From contig MFMW01000016.1 of NCBI GenBank assembly GCA_001783595.1, positions 386 to 46,034 of the forward strand: a DNA stretch of 45,649 nucleotides, in the 5' to 3' direction. The number at the start of each line of letters is the position of its first letter. Position 1 is the stretch's first letter. Of the stretch, positions 1 to 9,004 are shown one piece after another. The notes beneath the pieces are model-generated. The model did not search any database. It had not been told where the DNA came from and saw only the letters and a list, made by a program, of their open reading frames with translations. Origin of the DNA: Candidatus Kuenenbacteria bacterium RIFCSPHIGHO2_02_FULL_39_13 (lineage in GTDB: Bacteria > Patescibacteriota > Patescibacteriia > UBA2196 > GWA2-42-15). The position numbers and the translations under genes are program-made.

Positions 1-138
1 TTAATTTTAAGAATATCAAATTGTTGTGGATAAGTCAAAATTGAGTTTATAAAAATAGGAATGTTTAAAATTGATAAGAGAATAAGTATTTAAAACAAAA
101 AATTCTCCCGATACAGTCAGGAGAATTTTTTGTGAAAA

Positions 139-567
139 TTATTTTTGTGCCTGTTCTAATTCTCTTTGGCGGTCTTTAAACCAGTTATCATTGTATTGCG
201 GAAATTGGTCACGGTTATCAAGAATGTATTGTAACCATTCTTTAGCTTCCTTAACCTTCCCCTTTTCTAAAGTTTGGCAAAAATCAGCAGTTTTCCTCAT
301 TCCAAATTTTTTAAATAATTCCTGCTGAGAAATCTCTTGCTTTCGATCTTTTAACCAATTGTCCCAAGTACTTTGATATTGGGGAAATTGCTCTTTGTTA
401 TTAATAATATATTGCAACCACTTTTCACACTTATCAATATCGCCGCTTTGAAGAGCCACGCGAAAAGCAGATGTGTCTTCAATGCCAAATTTTTCCTTGA
501 GTTCTTGTCGAGCCGTTTCTTTAGTTGGGGTATTTTCTATATTTTCTTTTTGTTCTTTTTCAGACAT
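139..567 (-). CDS. hypothetical protein with two tandem internal repeats
   Basis: 142-aa ORF. The translation shows a clear internal duplication (..CEKWLQYIINNKEQFPQYQSTWDNWLKDRKQE.. and ..AKEWLQYILDNRDQFPQYNDNWFKDRQRE..). No family recognised. Confidence 0.6.
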   Translation of the reverse strand: MSEKEQKENIENTPTKETARQELKEKFGIEDTSAFRVALQSGDIDKCEKWLQYIINNKEQFPQYQSTWDNWLKDRKQEISQQELFKKFGMRKTADFCQTLEKGKVKEAKEWLQYILDNRDQFPQYNDNWFKDRQRELEQAQK

Positions 568-596
568 ATAATAAAATTAATTTATAAATTTCTAGT

Positions 597-670
597 TGGA
601 GCGGGTAAGGGGAGTCGGACCCCTGTCATTAGCTTGGAAAGCTAAGGTAATACCGTTATACGATACCCGC
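597..670 (-). tRNA. tRNA-Gly (anticodon TCC), CCA encoded
   Basis: The reverse complement folds by hand as a cloverleaf: acceptor GCGGGTA/TACCCGC, anticodon stem TTAGC/GCTAA with loop TTTCCAA, T arm AGGGG/CCCCT, 3' TCCA. Confidence 0.9.
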
Positions 671-695
671 CAGCATGCCCACTCGCCAGCGCCTA

Positions 696-781
696 TGCCG
701 GAGGGGAGACTCGAACTCCCATCCCGCGAACGCGGGACTAGCTCCTAGGGCTAGCGTGTCTACCAATTCCACCACTCCGGC
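696..781 (-). tRNA. tRNA-Leu (anticodon TAG), long variable arm, no encoded CCA
   Basis: Reverse complement: acceptor GCCGGAG/CTCCGGC, anticodon stem CTAGC/GCTAG with loop CCTAGGA, variable-arm hairpin CCCGCG-TT-CGCGGG, T arm GGGAG/CTCCC. Confidence 0.9.
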
Positions 782-854
782 TCGGGCAAATGAATAATTG
801 ATTTTATCTTAGCGGATTTGGTGAATAATTTCAAGCCTGTTATAATAAATATGT

Positions 855-1580
855 ATGAAACTTCCAAAAATCAAGCAGAAATATTTTTTGTTGCCAGTTG
901 TTATTTTGGGTATTATTTTAGCTTGGCTGGGATTTTATGATATGGGTAACAAACAAAGCACTGGCGATGGCAGCAGAACAAAAGTCATTCAAGTCATTGA
1001 CGGTGATACTTTTAAAATTAGCGGAGATGATAAAGTCAGGCTGTTAGGGATTGATGCGCCAGAAGAAGGTGATTGTTATTATAGTCAGGCACAGGTCGCG
1101 CTTAAAGAATTAATTGAAGATAAGGTTGTGAGATTAGACAAAGATATTGAAGAGCGGGATAAATACGATCGTTTGCTCCGTTATGTTATTTTAGAGAGAG
1201 AGGCAGAAGATAATTTGCTGGTCAATGATTATTTAGTCAGGCAGGGTTTTGCTTTTGATACCGGCAGTCCGCCTAATAATAGATACCGCGATTTATTAAG
1301 TTCGGCTGAAGAAGAAGCTAAGCGGGCCGGCCGGGGTTTATGGCTGGCGTGTGATTATGCCAAGACAGCTGATTGGCGCGAGCAGAACAATCTGCCGGAT
1401 GATCCGAACTGTATTATCAAAGGCAATATTTCAGAAAAAGGTTATGGCAAAACATATTTAATCCCCGGCTGTGATAACTACGAGACGGTCAAGATTGATA
1501 AGCGCAAAGGCGAGGGATATTTTTGCACGGAAAATGAAGCCATCAAAGCAGGCTTTAAAAAAGCCACCAATTGCCCGTAG
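855..1580 (+). CDS. membrane-anchored/secreted thermonuclease (SNase-like) with Cys-containing C-terminal domain
   Basis: N-terminal hydrophobic helix. SNase-like motifs VIDGDTFK, VRLLGIDAPE and DKYDRLLRYV. C-terminal segment IKGNIS..YLIPGCDNY..GYFCTENEAIKAGF. Confidence 0.85.
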   Translation: MKLPKIKQKYFLLPVVILGIILAWLGFYDMGNKQSTGDGSRTKVIQVIDGDTFKISGDDKVRLLGIDAPEEGDCYYSQAQVALKELIEDKVVRLDKDIEERDKYDRLLRYVILEREAEDNLLVNDYLVRQGFAFDTGSPPNNRYRDLLSSAEEEAKRAGRGLWLACDYAKTADWREQNNLPDDPNCIIKGNISEKGYGKTYLIPGCDNYETVKIDKRKGEGYFCTENEAIKAGFKKATNCP

Positions 1581-1596
1581 ATTAATAATTTATTAA

Positions 1597-1621
1597 ATCC
1601 ACCGCGGAGGTGGATTTTTTA
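1597..1621 (+). terminator. rho-independent terminator after the nuclease gene
   Basis: Hairpin ATCCACC-gcgga-GGTGGAT followed by a T run. Confidence 0.7.
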
Positions 1622-1646
1622 ATTTGTGTGATATAATAAAAAGTAT

Positions 1647-4478
1647 ATGAAGTTATGGCTGGCGGGAATTTTAATATTTGCCTTGGGGGGCTGTTTTTTA
1701 TTAATTAAACCAGTTGGGGCGACGATAGGCATTACTCCGTCAGATAGTTTTGTTGGGGATGGAACTTTAGACGGCGGTACAATATCTGTGGTTAGTGTAA
1801 ATATTATTGGCAATAGTTATCCAGACGTTTATTATTTAAAGGCGTATTTTTACCCAGAGGCAAATTCTGGAGCGCGTTTTGGATATAATTTCAACCCGGA
1901 TATAAATAAATGGGTGAGTACCTGGTCTGGAAATGACCAACAGAGGCAAATAACTTTGGACGAGAGCGGCAATTGGTCTGGCGATGTTCAAGTAAAAACA
2001 GAAACTGATGCCGATAGGGCAGGATATACCGGGCCGGGAAATTATATGTTAAAAGTTAAAATCACTTCAACGACAAATTCCTCCCGCACCTATGATACAA
2101 AAGTGCAAGTTGTTATTGTGGCAGGACAAAATAGTCAAGATACTGGTGGCAACGGTGATGAAACTGATGAAGAAGCCAGTGATACAGTTTATTCGGATAA
2201 AATCATAATTAATGAGCTTTTGCCCAATCCGATGGAGAGTGATGATTTTGAGTGGATTGAATTAAAAAATATCGGAGATGCCGCAATGGATTTAGTTGGC
2301 TGGAAAATAGCAGATGCCAGTAAAAGTTATGTAATTAAGAGTGATGACTTTCAATCAACAATAATCAGCGCCGGCGGTTTTTTTATTTTAGATAAAGAAA
2401 TAACAGGCATTGCTTTAAATAATAGCGGAGGAGAAACAGTGAGCCTCTATAACCAAGATGATAAATTAATCAGCCAGACGAGCTACAATGAAACAGCTCA
2501 AGATGATCAAAGTTGGGCGAGAGATGAGAACGGCAATTATAGCTGGACAACCAGTTTGACCAAAGGTGATGAAAATATTTTTTCAGCGCCGATTGTTGAG
2601 CAGCCAAATATGGGCGGTGTAAGCAATGGTGGAGCGGCTAGTGATCAGGAATTGGAAGCGGTGAAAGAAAAAAATAAATATTCTGATTATCAAGGCAAAA
2701 TTATCATCACTGAATTTTTAGCCAATCCCCTTGGTATTGACAATAACGAGTGGCTTGAAATTTATAACACCTCAACCAGCTCGGTGGATTTAGCTGGCTG
2801 GCTGTTAAAAGATAATAGCGGCGAGTTTAAGTTTAGCCAGATTAATATCAAGGCCAAAAGTTATTTGCTTTTAGACAGAAAAACAACCGGTTTGGTTTTA
2901 AATAATTTGGGCGGCGATTATCTGGAATTAATTGATCAGGGTAACAAGCTGGTTGATAAAGTAAGTTATAAAAATAAAGTAGCGGCCGCGGAGAGCTATA
3001 ATTGGTGTGCCAATCAAGGCAAATGGATGTGGATTTTGGAAATTAGTCCGGGAGAGGAGAATAAGTGTCCAGCCAAGAATGACCAGCCAGTGGCATATTT
3101 TGAAATTGAAGAGCAGGTGCTTGCTAAAGACAAATATGTTATTTTAGATGCCAGCGAAAGTTATGATCAGGACGGGCAAATAGTTAAATACAGCTGGGAG
3201 TTCAGCCAGCCAGTACAAATTTTCGGCGCAAAAAACAATATCTGGGAATTTACTGAAGCGCGAGTAGAAATTAAGTTTAGTAAAACTGGCGAACAGAAAA
3301 TCATACTAAAGGTAGTGGATAATTTAGGCGGTGAAGATGAATATAGTCTGCCAGTTGAAATTGGCGGGTTGGAAGAGAAAACAGAAATTGAGGCGAGTAA
3401 AATTTATATCAATAAATTTTTACCCAATCCAACTGGGGCTGACAGCGAGAATGAATGGATTGAACTTTGCAATTCAGGCAAGAGTGATATTGATTTGACT
3501 GGTTTTAGTTTAGATGACAGCGCCGGAGGCTCAAAGCCGTATCAACTGGATGATTACAGTTTGGCGGCTGAAAGCTGTATTTTTATCACTAGCGCGGAAT
3601 CGCACATTGCTTTAAATAATAACAGTGACAGCGTCAGATTTTTGGACATAAACGGGGAAGTGGTTGATCAGGTGGATTACAGCGGGGGAGGCGAGGGGTT
3701 GGTTTACGGGAAAATTGACAACACTTGGCAATGGATTGGAGAGAGCGCGGATTCTACTGTTGAACAAGCTAGTGAAATTTATTATGGGATAAACGATTTA
3801 GGAGAACTGCGTGATTTGAAAGCAGGCAGTAAAGTGAGTGTGCGCGGCTGGGTGGCAGTTGAGCCTGGTCTTTTCGGCAAAACAATTTTTTACATTATTG
3901 ATGGCAGCAGCGGGGTGCAGATTTATTCTTATAAAAAAGATTTTCCAGAGCTTGCGCTGGGTGATTTTATCACAGTTAACGGAGAGTTGAGCGATAATCA
4001 GGGCGAGACAAGAGTGAAAACAAAAACCAAGGCCGATATTGTCAAAATTAAAGAGGATAAATTACCGGCGCCCTTGGCAATCCAGCTTGAAGACATCGGC
4101 GAAGATATTGAGGGGGCGCTGGTAAAAATAGCAGGAGATTTGACAGAGATTAAAGGCTCGTCATGGTGGCTGGATGATCAGACTGAAGAAGTTAAAATAT
4201 ACATCAAACAGAATACAGGTATCTCTGGCAATAATTTTAATGTCGGGGACAAACTAGAGGTCAGCGGCATTATTTCGGAAATTCATGGCGAATACAGGGT
4301 TTTGCCAAGATTTCCAGCTGATGTTAAATTAGCCGGGCGGATTGCGTCAGGGGCAACAACCAACCAAGAACAACCGACCAGCAACCAAGGGAATGATTTG
4401 ATTAAATATTTATTTGTAGCGGCAGTGGGCATAATAATTATTTTAGTTTCCATAATAATTAGATTTAAAAAAGTATGA
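1647..4478 (+). CDS. large cell-surface protein with three lamin-tail-domain (LTD)-like repeats, a PKD-like segment, an OB-fold-like region and a C-terminal TM anchor
   Basis: 943 aa with an N-terminal signal/TM. Three LTD-like signatures (INELLPNP..EWIELKN, ITEFLANP..EWLEIYN, INKFLPNP..EWIELCN). PKD-like LDASESYDQDGQIVKYSWEF. C-terminal hydrophobic helix VAAVGIIIILVSIII. Confidence 0.8.
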   Translation: MKLWLAGILIFALGGCFLLIKPVGATIGITPSDSFVGDGTLDGGTISVVSVNIIGNSYPDVYYLKAYFYPEANSGARFGYNFNPDINKWVSTWSGNDQQRQITLDESGNWSGDVQVKTETDADRAGYTGPGNYMLKVKITSTTNSSRTYDTKVQVVIVAGQNSQDTGGNGDETDEEASDTVYSDKIIINELLPNPMESDDFEWIELKNIGDAAMDLVGWKIADASKSYVIKSDDFQSTIISAGGFFILDKEITGIALNNSGGETVSLYNQDDKLISQTSYNETAQDDQSWARDENGNYSWTTSLTKGDENIFSAPIVEQPNMGGVSNGGAASDQELEAVKEKNKYSDYQGKIIITEFLANPLGIDNNEWLEIYNTSTSSVDLAGWLLKDNSGEFKFSQINIKAKSYLLLDRKTTGLVLNNLGGDYLELIDQGNKLVDKVSYKNKVAAAESYNWCANQGKWMWILEISPGEENKCPAKNDQPVAYFEIEEQVLAKDKYVILDASESYDQDGQIVKYSWEFSQPVQIFGAKNNIWEFTEARVEIKFSKTGEQKIILKVVDNLGGEDEYSLPVEIGGLEEKTEIEASKIYINKFLPNPTGADSENEWIELCNSGKSDIDLTGFSLDDSAGGSKPYQLDDYSLAAESCIFITSAESHIALNNNSDSVRFLDINGEVVDQVDYSGGGEGLVYGKIDNTWQWIGESADSTVEQASEIYYGINDLGELRDLKAGSKVSVRGWVAVEPGLFGKTIFYIIDGSSGVQIYSYKKDFPELALGDFITVNGELSDNQGETRVKTKTKADIVKIKEDKLPAPLAIQLEDIGEDIEGALVKIAGDLTEIKGSSWWLDDQTEEVKIYIKQNTGISGNNFNVGDKLEVSGIISEIHGEYRVLPRFPADVKLAGRIASGATTNQEQPTSNQGNDLIKYLFVAAVGIIIILVSIIIRFKKV

Positions 4479-5395
4479 AGCATAAAATTTTAGTCAGCGG
4501 TTCTTTGGTCTATGATAAAATAATGGATTTCCATGGTAAATTTTCTGACCATATTATGCCAGAGAAAATTCACAGCCTATCCGTCTGTTTTGTGGTGGAT
4601 AAAATAAAAGTTAATTTTGGCGGCACAGCAGGCAATATCGCCTATAACTTGAAATTATTAGGGGAAGAGCCGGTGATTTTGTCGCAAGCCGGAGCTGATT
4701 TTTCAAATTATGAAAAATGGCTGCGGAAAAATAGGCTGATCTTGTCTGGCATTAAATTACTGAAGGATAAGAATACGGCAGCGGCGCACATTGTGACTGA
4801 TAGGGCTGATAATCAGATTACTGCCTTGCATCTGGAAACTATGGGAGTACCATGCGGGATTACAGAAAGAAAAGTGAGAAATTTTGGTCAAGTGGCCATG
4901 GCCATAGTCGCGCCGGGAAACACCCAAGATATGCTGGACGCGGTCAGGGTTTATAAAAAATTAGGCATTCCATACATTGCTGATCCGGGCCAGCAGATAC
5001 CGCTTTTATCCGCGCGAGAATTAGATTTCTTAATCAAAAATACCAGGGTGCTGATTGGTAATGATTATGAGCTGGCGCTGATTATGAAGGTATTAAAACA
5101 TACAAGCATTGAAGCAATTCAGAGGTTGGTGGAGGTGTTAGTTGTGACATATGGCGCTCAAGGCTCGGTTATTTACAGTAATCATAAGCAGATTAAAATT
5201 AAAGCAGTCCGTCCGCGAAAAATTGTGGACCCGACCGGAGCGGGCGACGGTTATCGGGCAGGATTTATTAAAGGAATTGTCAGTGGTTGGGATTTGAAAA
5301 AATGCGGCGAGTTGGCTTCTTGGACGGCTAAATTTTCAGTGGAACATTATGGCACGCAGGAGCATCGGTTTAAATTCTCGGATTTTATGGGTTGA
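4475..5395 (+). CDS. PfkB-family carbohydrate/nucleoside kinase
   Basis: 306 aa. NFGGTAGN near the N-terminus and the C-terminal DPTGAGDGYRAGF motif typical of the ribokinase/PfkB superfamily. 4-nt overlap with the upstream gene. Confidence 0.8.
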   Translation: MKHKILVSGSLVYDKIMDFHGKFSDHIMPEKIHSLSVCFVVDKIKVNFGGTAGNIAYNLKLLGEEPVILSQAGADFSNYEKWLRKNRLILSGIKLLKDKNTAAAHIVTDRADNQITALHLETMGVPCGITERKVRNFGQVAMAIVAPGNTQDMLDAVRVYKKLGIPYIADPGQQIPLLSARELDFLIKNTRVLIGNDYELALIMKVLKHTSIEAIQRLVEVLVVTYGAQGSVIYSNHKQIKIKAVRPRKIVDPTGAGDGYRAGFIKGIVSGWDLKKCGELASWTAKFSVEHYGTQEHRFKFSDFMG

Positions 5396-5453
5396 TTGAC
5401 CGAAGAGTGGTGGATTTAGTATAATTAATTAGTATTACGCAATCCTCTCCCAT

Positions 5454-5550
5454 GTCATTGCGAGCGAACGGAGTGAGCGTCGCAATCTCGTGGCAAATAG
5501 CATTAACTGCGAGATTGCTACGTCGTCGCTTCGCTCCTTCTCGCAATGAC
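5454..5550. repeat. palindromic intergenic repeat, copy 1 (gtcattgcgag ... ctcgcaatgac)
   Basis: Long imperfect hairpin with 11-nt perfect terminal inverted repeats. The right half is nearly identical to copy 3 (caaatagcattaact.cgagattgc.acgtcgtcgcttcgctcct.ctcgcaatgac). Confidence 0.85.
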
Positions 5551-5567
5551 AATATTATTTAAAATAT

Positions 5568-6521
5568 ATGCCTAAAAAAGAACAATTTATACAATCAGAG
5601 GTGCGGGAAGATAAGATTCATGACAGGTTTGTCATTATGGCGCCTGGTAGGAGTAAAAGGCCAAAAGATGTCGGAGAAGAAGAAAAATTTTCCAAGAAGC
5701 AAATTGAAGCGGAAAAAAAGGCGTGTGTATTTTGTCCTGGAAACCAGAAAAAAGTGCCTGGACTTTATTTTGCCGGGGATAAAAATAATTGGCAGGTGAA
5801 AGTGGTTAAAAATATTTTTCCGGCAGTAACTCCTGAAAATGAGCAAGCTTATGGCTATCAGGAGGTGGTGATTGAAACCCCGGAACATTACAAAGAAACC
5901 GGTGATTTGCCCTTAGACCATTGGATAGCGATTATGGAATCGTATATCAATAGAACGGGCGAACTGTCAAAAGATAAAAAAATTCAGTATATTTTAATTT
6001 TTAAAAATAAGGGCGGCAAGGCCGGAGCGTCTTTGCACCATGCTCATTCGCAGATTTTTGCCGCCGGTTTTACGCCCCCGCACATTATTAACAAGCTCAC
6101 CAAAGCGCAGGAATACAGGATTGAACATGGCAATTGTTATTATTGTGATTTGATAAAAAAAGAGGAAAAAGGGCCTAGATTTATTATGGCTGACGACAAA
6201 GCGGTGGCTTTCACTCCCTATGCCTCAATTTATCAGTATGAAGCCTGGATTATTCCCAGAAATCACCTGGATAATATTACGGTTTTGGATCGCCAGGAAA
6301 TTACTTCTATGGCTAAAATGATGAAGTATATCGTGACAAAATTAAATAAATTAGAGATCTCTTACAATATGTATTTACACCAGTCAATTACTGACAAAGA
6401 CGAGCATTTTTATATTCGCATTTGCCCCAGGCGCAGCACTTGGGCTGGGGTTGAGATGGGCTCTAGAATAATAATAAATACCGTATCTCCCGAAGATGCG
6501 GCGGAATTTTATAGAAAATAA
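5568..6521 (+). CDS. galT: galactose-1-phosphate uridylyltransferase-like (GalT/HIT family) nucleotidyltransferase
   Basis: 317 aa. Zinc-site-like CVFCPGN and the active-site HHAHSQI (HxHxQ) motif of class I GalT-type enzymes. Confidence 0.75.
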   Translation: MPKKEQFIQSEVREDKIHDRFVIMAPGRSKRPKDVGEEEKFSKKQIEAEKKACVFCPGNQKKVPGLYFAGDKNNWQVKVVKNIFPAVTPENEQAYGYQEVVIETPEHYKETGDLPLDHWIAIMESYINRTGELSKDKKIQYILIFKNKGGKAGASLHHAHSQIFAAGFTPPHIINKLTKAQEYRIEHGNCYYCDLIKKEEKGPRFIMADDKAVAFTPYASIYQYEAWIIPRNHLDNITVLDRQEITSMAKMMKYIVTKLNKLEISYNMYLHQSITDKDEHFYIRICPRRSTWAGVEMGSRIIINTVSPEDAAEFYRK

Positions 6522-6546
6522 GTATTGCGTTTTGTATTTTGATTTT

Positions 6547-7119
6547 ATGTGGAGGAAAATTGTAAAATTTGAAATTATTATTTTAATGGCAGTGGTATTG
6601 CTTGTTTTTACTCTGCCGATTTTGGCTAGAGAAATTGATGAGAGCAGATTTAGGATAGAAAATTATATGAGAATTAAGACTGGTTTGCCGGAGAATAAAA
6701 CAACAGTCTGGTCTGGAGAATTGCCGGAAATTGAGGAGAAAGTTAAGATTAAAAAGATAATTATTGATTTAAGCGAGCAAAAATTAAATACCTATGAGAA
6801 TGATGAGTTGACTGGCGAATATCCAGTGTCAACTGGCAAGAATGGAATGAAAACGCCGCCTGGGGAGTTCAAAGTTTATGAAAAACGAGCCAGGGCTTGG
6901 TCAAAAATGGCAGGACTATGGATGCCCTATTGGATGTTAATTGATCCTGTGCGCGGTATGGGAATCCATGAGTTGCCCGAATGGCCTTCTGGTTATAAAG
7001 AAGGAGCGGATCATCTGGGCACCCCAGTGTCGCATGGCTGCGTAAGATTGGGGGTTGGTCCGGCAAAGATAGTTTATGATTGGGCGGATATAGGGACGAG
7101 AGTGATTATACAGGAATAA
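6547..7119 (+). CDS. L,D-transpeptidase (YkuD domain), membrane anchored
   Basis: Catalytic HGCVRL motif and an N-terminal TM helix. Start moved to the internal ATG at 6547 (MWRKIVKF), which removes the overlap with galT. Confidence 0.8.
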   Translation: MWRKIVKFEIIILMAVVLLVFTLPILAREIDESRFRIENYMRIKTGLPENKTTVWSGELPEIEEKVKIKKIIIDLSEQKLNTYENDELTGEYPVSTGKNGMKTPPGEFKVYEKRARAWSKMAGLWMPYWMLIDPVRGMGIHELPEWPSGYKEGADHLGTPVSHGCVRLGVGPAKIVYDWADIGTRVIIQE

Positions 7120-7200
7120 TAATTTTAAATGACAAATTTTTAAACATTTTAAATTTAAAATTGAGATTTATTTTAAAATTTAAAATTTAAAATTAACACC

Positions 7201-7866
7201 ATGATAGAAAGAATTGATAACAATAATCCTGATAAAAATATTATAAACCACGCCGTTAAAATTTTGCATCGGGGTGGTGTTTTAGTCATTCCCACGGAAA
7301 CGGCTTATGGTTTGGCGGCTGATGCGACGAACGCCATGGCGGTGAAGAATATTTACCAGATAAAAGGCAGAAGTTTTAAAAAATTTTTACCCTTGATTTG
7401 CGGCAGTTTAAATCAAGTTAAGAAATATTTTAAGTTAGATAAAAAAGAATTAGAATTATTTAGGAAATATAAAGGGTTATCCGTAATTGTAGAAACGCGA
7501 TTTATCCCGTCTAGAAAAAGTATTTATTTATTAAAAAATCAGAAAATTTGCGCAGTCAGAGTTTCAACTAATAAGGTAGCGCAGTTATTGGCGTGTAAAT
7601 TAGGCCGACCAATTACGGCTACCAGCGCGAATAAGGCTGGTAAAGGGAATTGTTATGCAGTGGAAGAGGTGTTAAGACAGCTAACTAAATACCCCTCTGT
7701 CCCCCTACGCCAAGGCTTTGGGGGACACCTCCCCTTAGAAAGGGGAGGAAGCATTGATTTAGTTTTAGATGCTGGAAAATTAAAAAAAAGAAAACCCTCA
7801 ACAATAGTCAAGGTTACCAATACTGGTATTAGAATTTTAAGGCAGGGGGAAATTAAAATCAATTAA
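7201..7866 (+). CDS. tsaC: L-threonylcarbamoyladenylate synthase (YrdC/Sua5 family)
   Basis: 221 aa. VIPTETAYGLAADA and TATSANKAG motifs. Carries an in-frame G/C-rich hairpin insertion (see the repeat at 7728..7748). Confidence 0.85.
   Translation: MIERIDNNNPDKNIINHAVKILHRGGVLVIPTETAYGLAADATNAMAVKNIYQIKGRSFKKFLPLICGSLNQVKKYFKLDKKELELFRKYKGLSVIVETRFIPSRKSIYLLKNQKICAVRVSTNKVAQLLACKLGRPITATSANKAGKGNCYAVEEVLRQLTKYPSVPLRQGFGGHLPLERGGSIDLVLDAGKLKKRKPSTIVKVTNTGIRILRQGEIKIN
7728..7748. repeat. G/C-rich mini-hairpin embedded in frame in tsaC
   Basis: Perfect 9-bp stem CCTCCCCTT-aga-AAGGGGAGG, inside a roughly 60-nt G/C-rich patch encoding ..KYPSVPLRQGFGGHLPLERGGS.. The core ccccttag.aagg.gag recurs at 15250..15276. 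Confidence 0.7.
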
Positions 7867-7883
7867 CAGGGAACAAGGAATAT

Positions 7884-8963
7884 TTATTTACTAAATCTAA
7901 AATACGCCACGTCCCCGTCTCGCATAATATAGTCTTTGCCTTCAATTTTCATCTGGCCTTTTTCTTTAGCAGGAATTTCGCCCCTAGCATCCAGCAAATT
8001 TTTCCAGTTTATAATTTCAGCGCGAATAAAACCCTGTTCAAAATCAGTGTGGATTTTGCCCGCGGCCGCGGGAGCTTTGGTGCCGTTGGTAATTGTCCAG
8101 GCATGACTTTCTTTAGGGCCGGCAGTAAAAAAAGTAATTAAGTTGAGTAACTTATAGCTCTCAATAATTAACTGGTCCAGTCCGGTTTTTTTGATACTAA
8201 GTTCTTGCAGATAATTTTGAGATTCTTCAGGAGACAGTTCTGATAATTCTGCTTCTAATTTGGCGCAAATTTTTATAAGCGGACCATTTACTTTAAGGTC
8301 GTTAGTTGTAAGTTGTTTGTTGTCAGTTGCGAGTTGTTCTTCGCCAATGTTTTCAATAAATAGTTCTGGTTTTAAGCTTAGCAGGCTTAAGCCCTTAATA
8401 AATTTTTGCTCGTCATCTTTTAGTTCAGCAATATCAGGTTTTTTACCTTTGTCCAAAGCAATGATAATATTTTTCAAAATTATTTTTTGTCCAGGGGCGT
8501 CTTTATCGTTAGCTTTTATTTTAGTCTCTGTTTTATTTAATATTTTTTCAATCGTGGCAATGTCAGCCATGGCCAGTTCGGTTTCTATGGTATTTAAATC
8601 TTCTTCAGGCTCAATTTTGCCGGCAATATGAGTGACATTTTCATCTTGAAAATTTCTGATGACATGGGCGATCGCGTCAACCTCGCGGATATGGGAGAGA
8701 AACTGGTTGCCCAAGCCTTCGCCTTTATGGGCGTTTTTAACCAGTCCGGCAATGTCAACAAATTCAATGGCTGCCGGGACAATTTTTTCAGAATGATAAA
8801 GATCGGCAAGTTTATCAAGCCGTTCATCCGGCACTGCCACCACCCCAACATTGGGGCTAATGGTGCAGAAAGGATAGTTTGAAGTGTCAACTTGTTTTTT
8901 AGTCAATGCCTTGAATAATGTTGATTTGCCAACATTAGGCAGGCCGACAATCCCAATTTGCAT
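7884..8963 (-). CDS. ychF: ribosome-binding (redox-regulated) ATPase YchF
   Basis: 359 aa. N-terminal MQIGIVGLPNVGKSTLFKALT P-loop and a C-terminal TGS-like region ending DGDVAYFRF. Confidence 0.95.
   Translation of the reverse strand: MQIGIVGLPNVGKSTLFKALTKKQVDTSNYPFCTISPNVGVVAVPDERLDKLADLYHSEKIVPAAIEFVDIAGLVKNAHKGEGLGNQFLSHIREVDAIAHVIRNFQDENVTHIAGKIEPEEDLNTIETELAMADIATIEKILNKTETKIKANDKDAPGQKIILKNIIIALDKGKKPDIAELKDDEQKFIKGLSLLSLKPELFIENIGEEQLATDNKQLTTNDLKVNGPLIKICAKLEAELSELSPEESQNYLQELSIKKTGLDQLIIESYKLLNLITFFTAGPKESHAWTITNGTKAPAAAGKIHTDFEQGFIRAEIINWKNLLDARGEIPAKEKGQMKIEGKDYIMRDGDVAYFRFSK
8301..8329 (-). repeat. 29-nt element shared in frame with the elp3-like gene (encodes TDNKQLTTN)
   Basis: gttagttgtaagttgtttgttgtcagttg matches 14578..14606 at 26 of 29 positions (hand alignment). 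Same strand and same reading frame. Confidence 0.75.
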
Positions 8964-9004
8964 AATATTTGAATCTTATCATAATTTAGGTTAATATCAA
9001 GTAT

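Noticed and set aside
373-645. 90-aa plus-strand ORF.
   Set aside because: It is antisense to the 139..567 CDS and runs into the tRNA-Gly gene. The translation is a hydrophobic low-complexity artefact.
7120-7200. AT-only palindromic low-complexity spacer (aaatttaaaat repeats) as a structured element. A similar stretch lies at 26165..26215.
   Set aside because: It is pure A/T simple sequence in an intergenic or promoter region. No discrete stem with a defined loop or recognisable motif could be supported.
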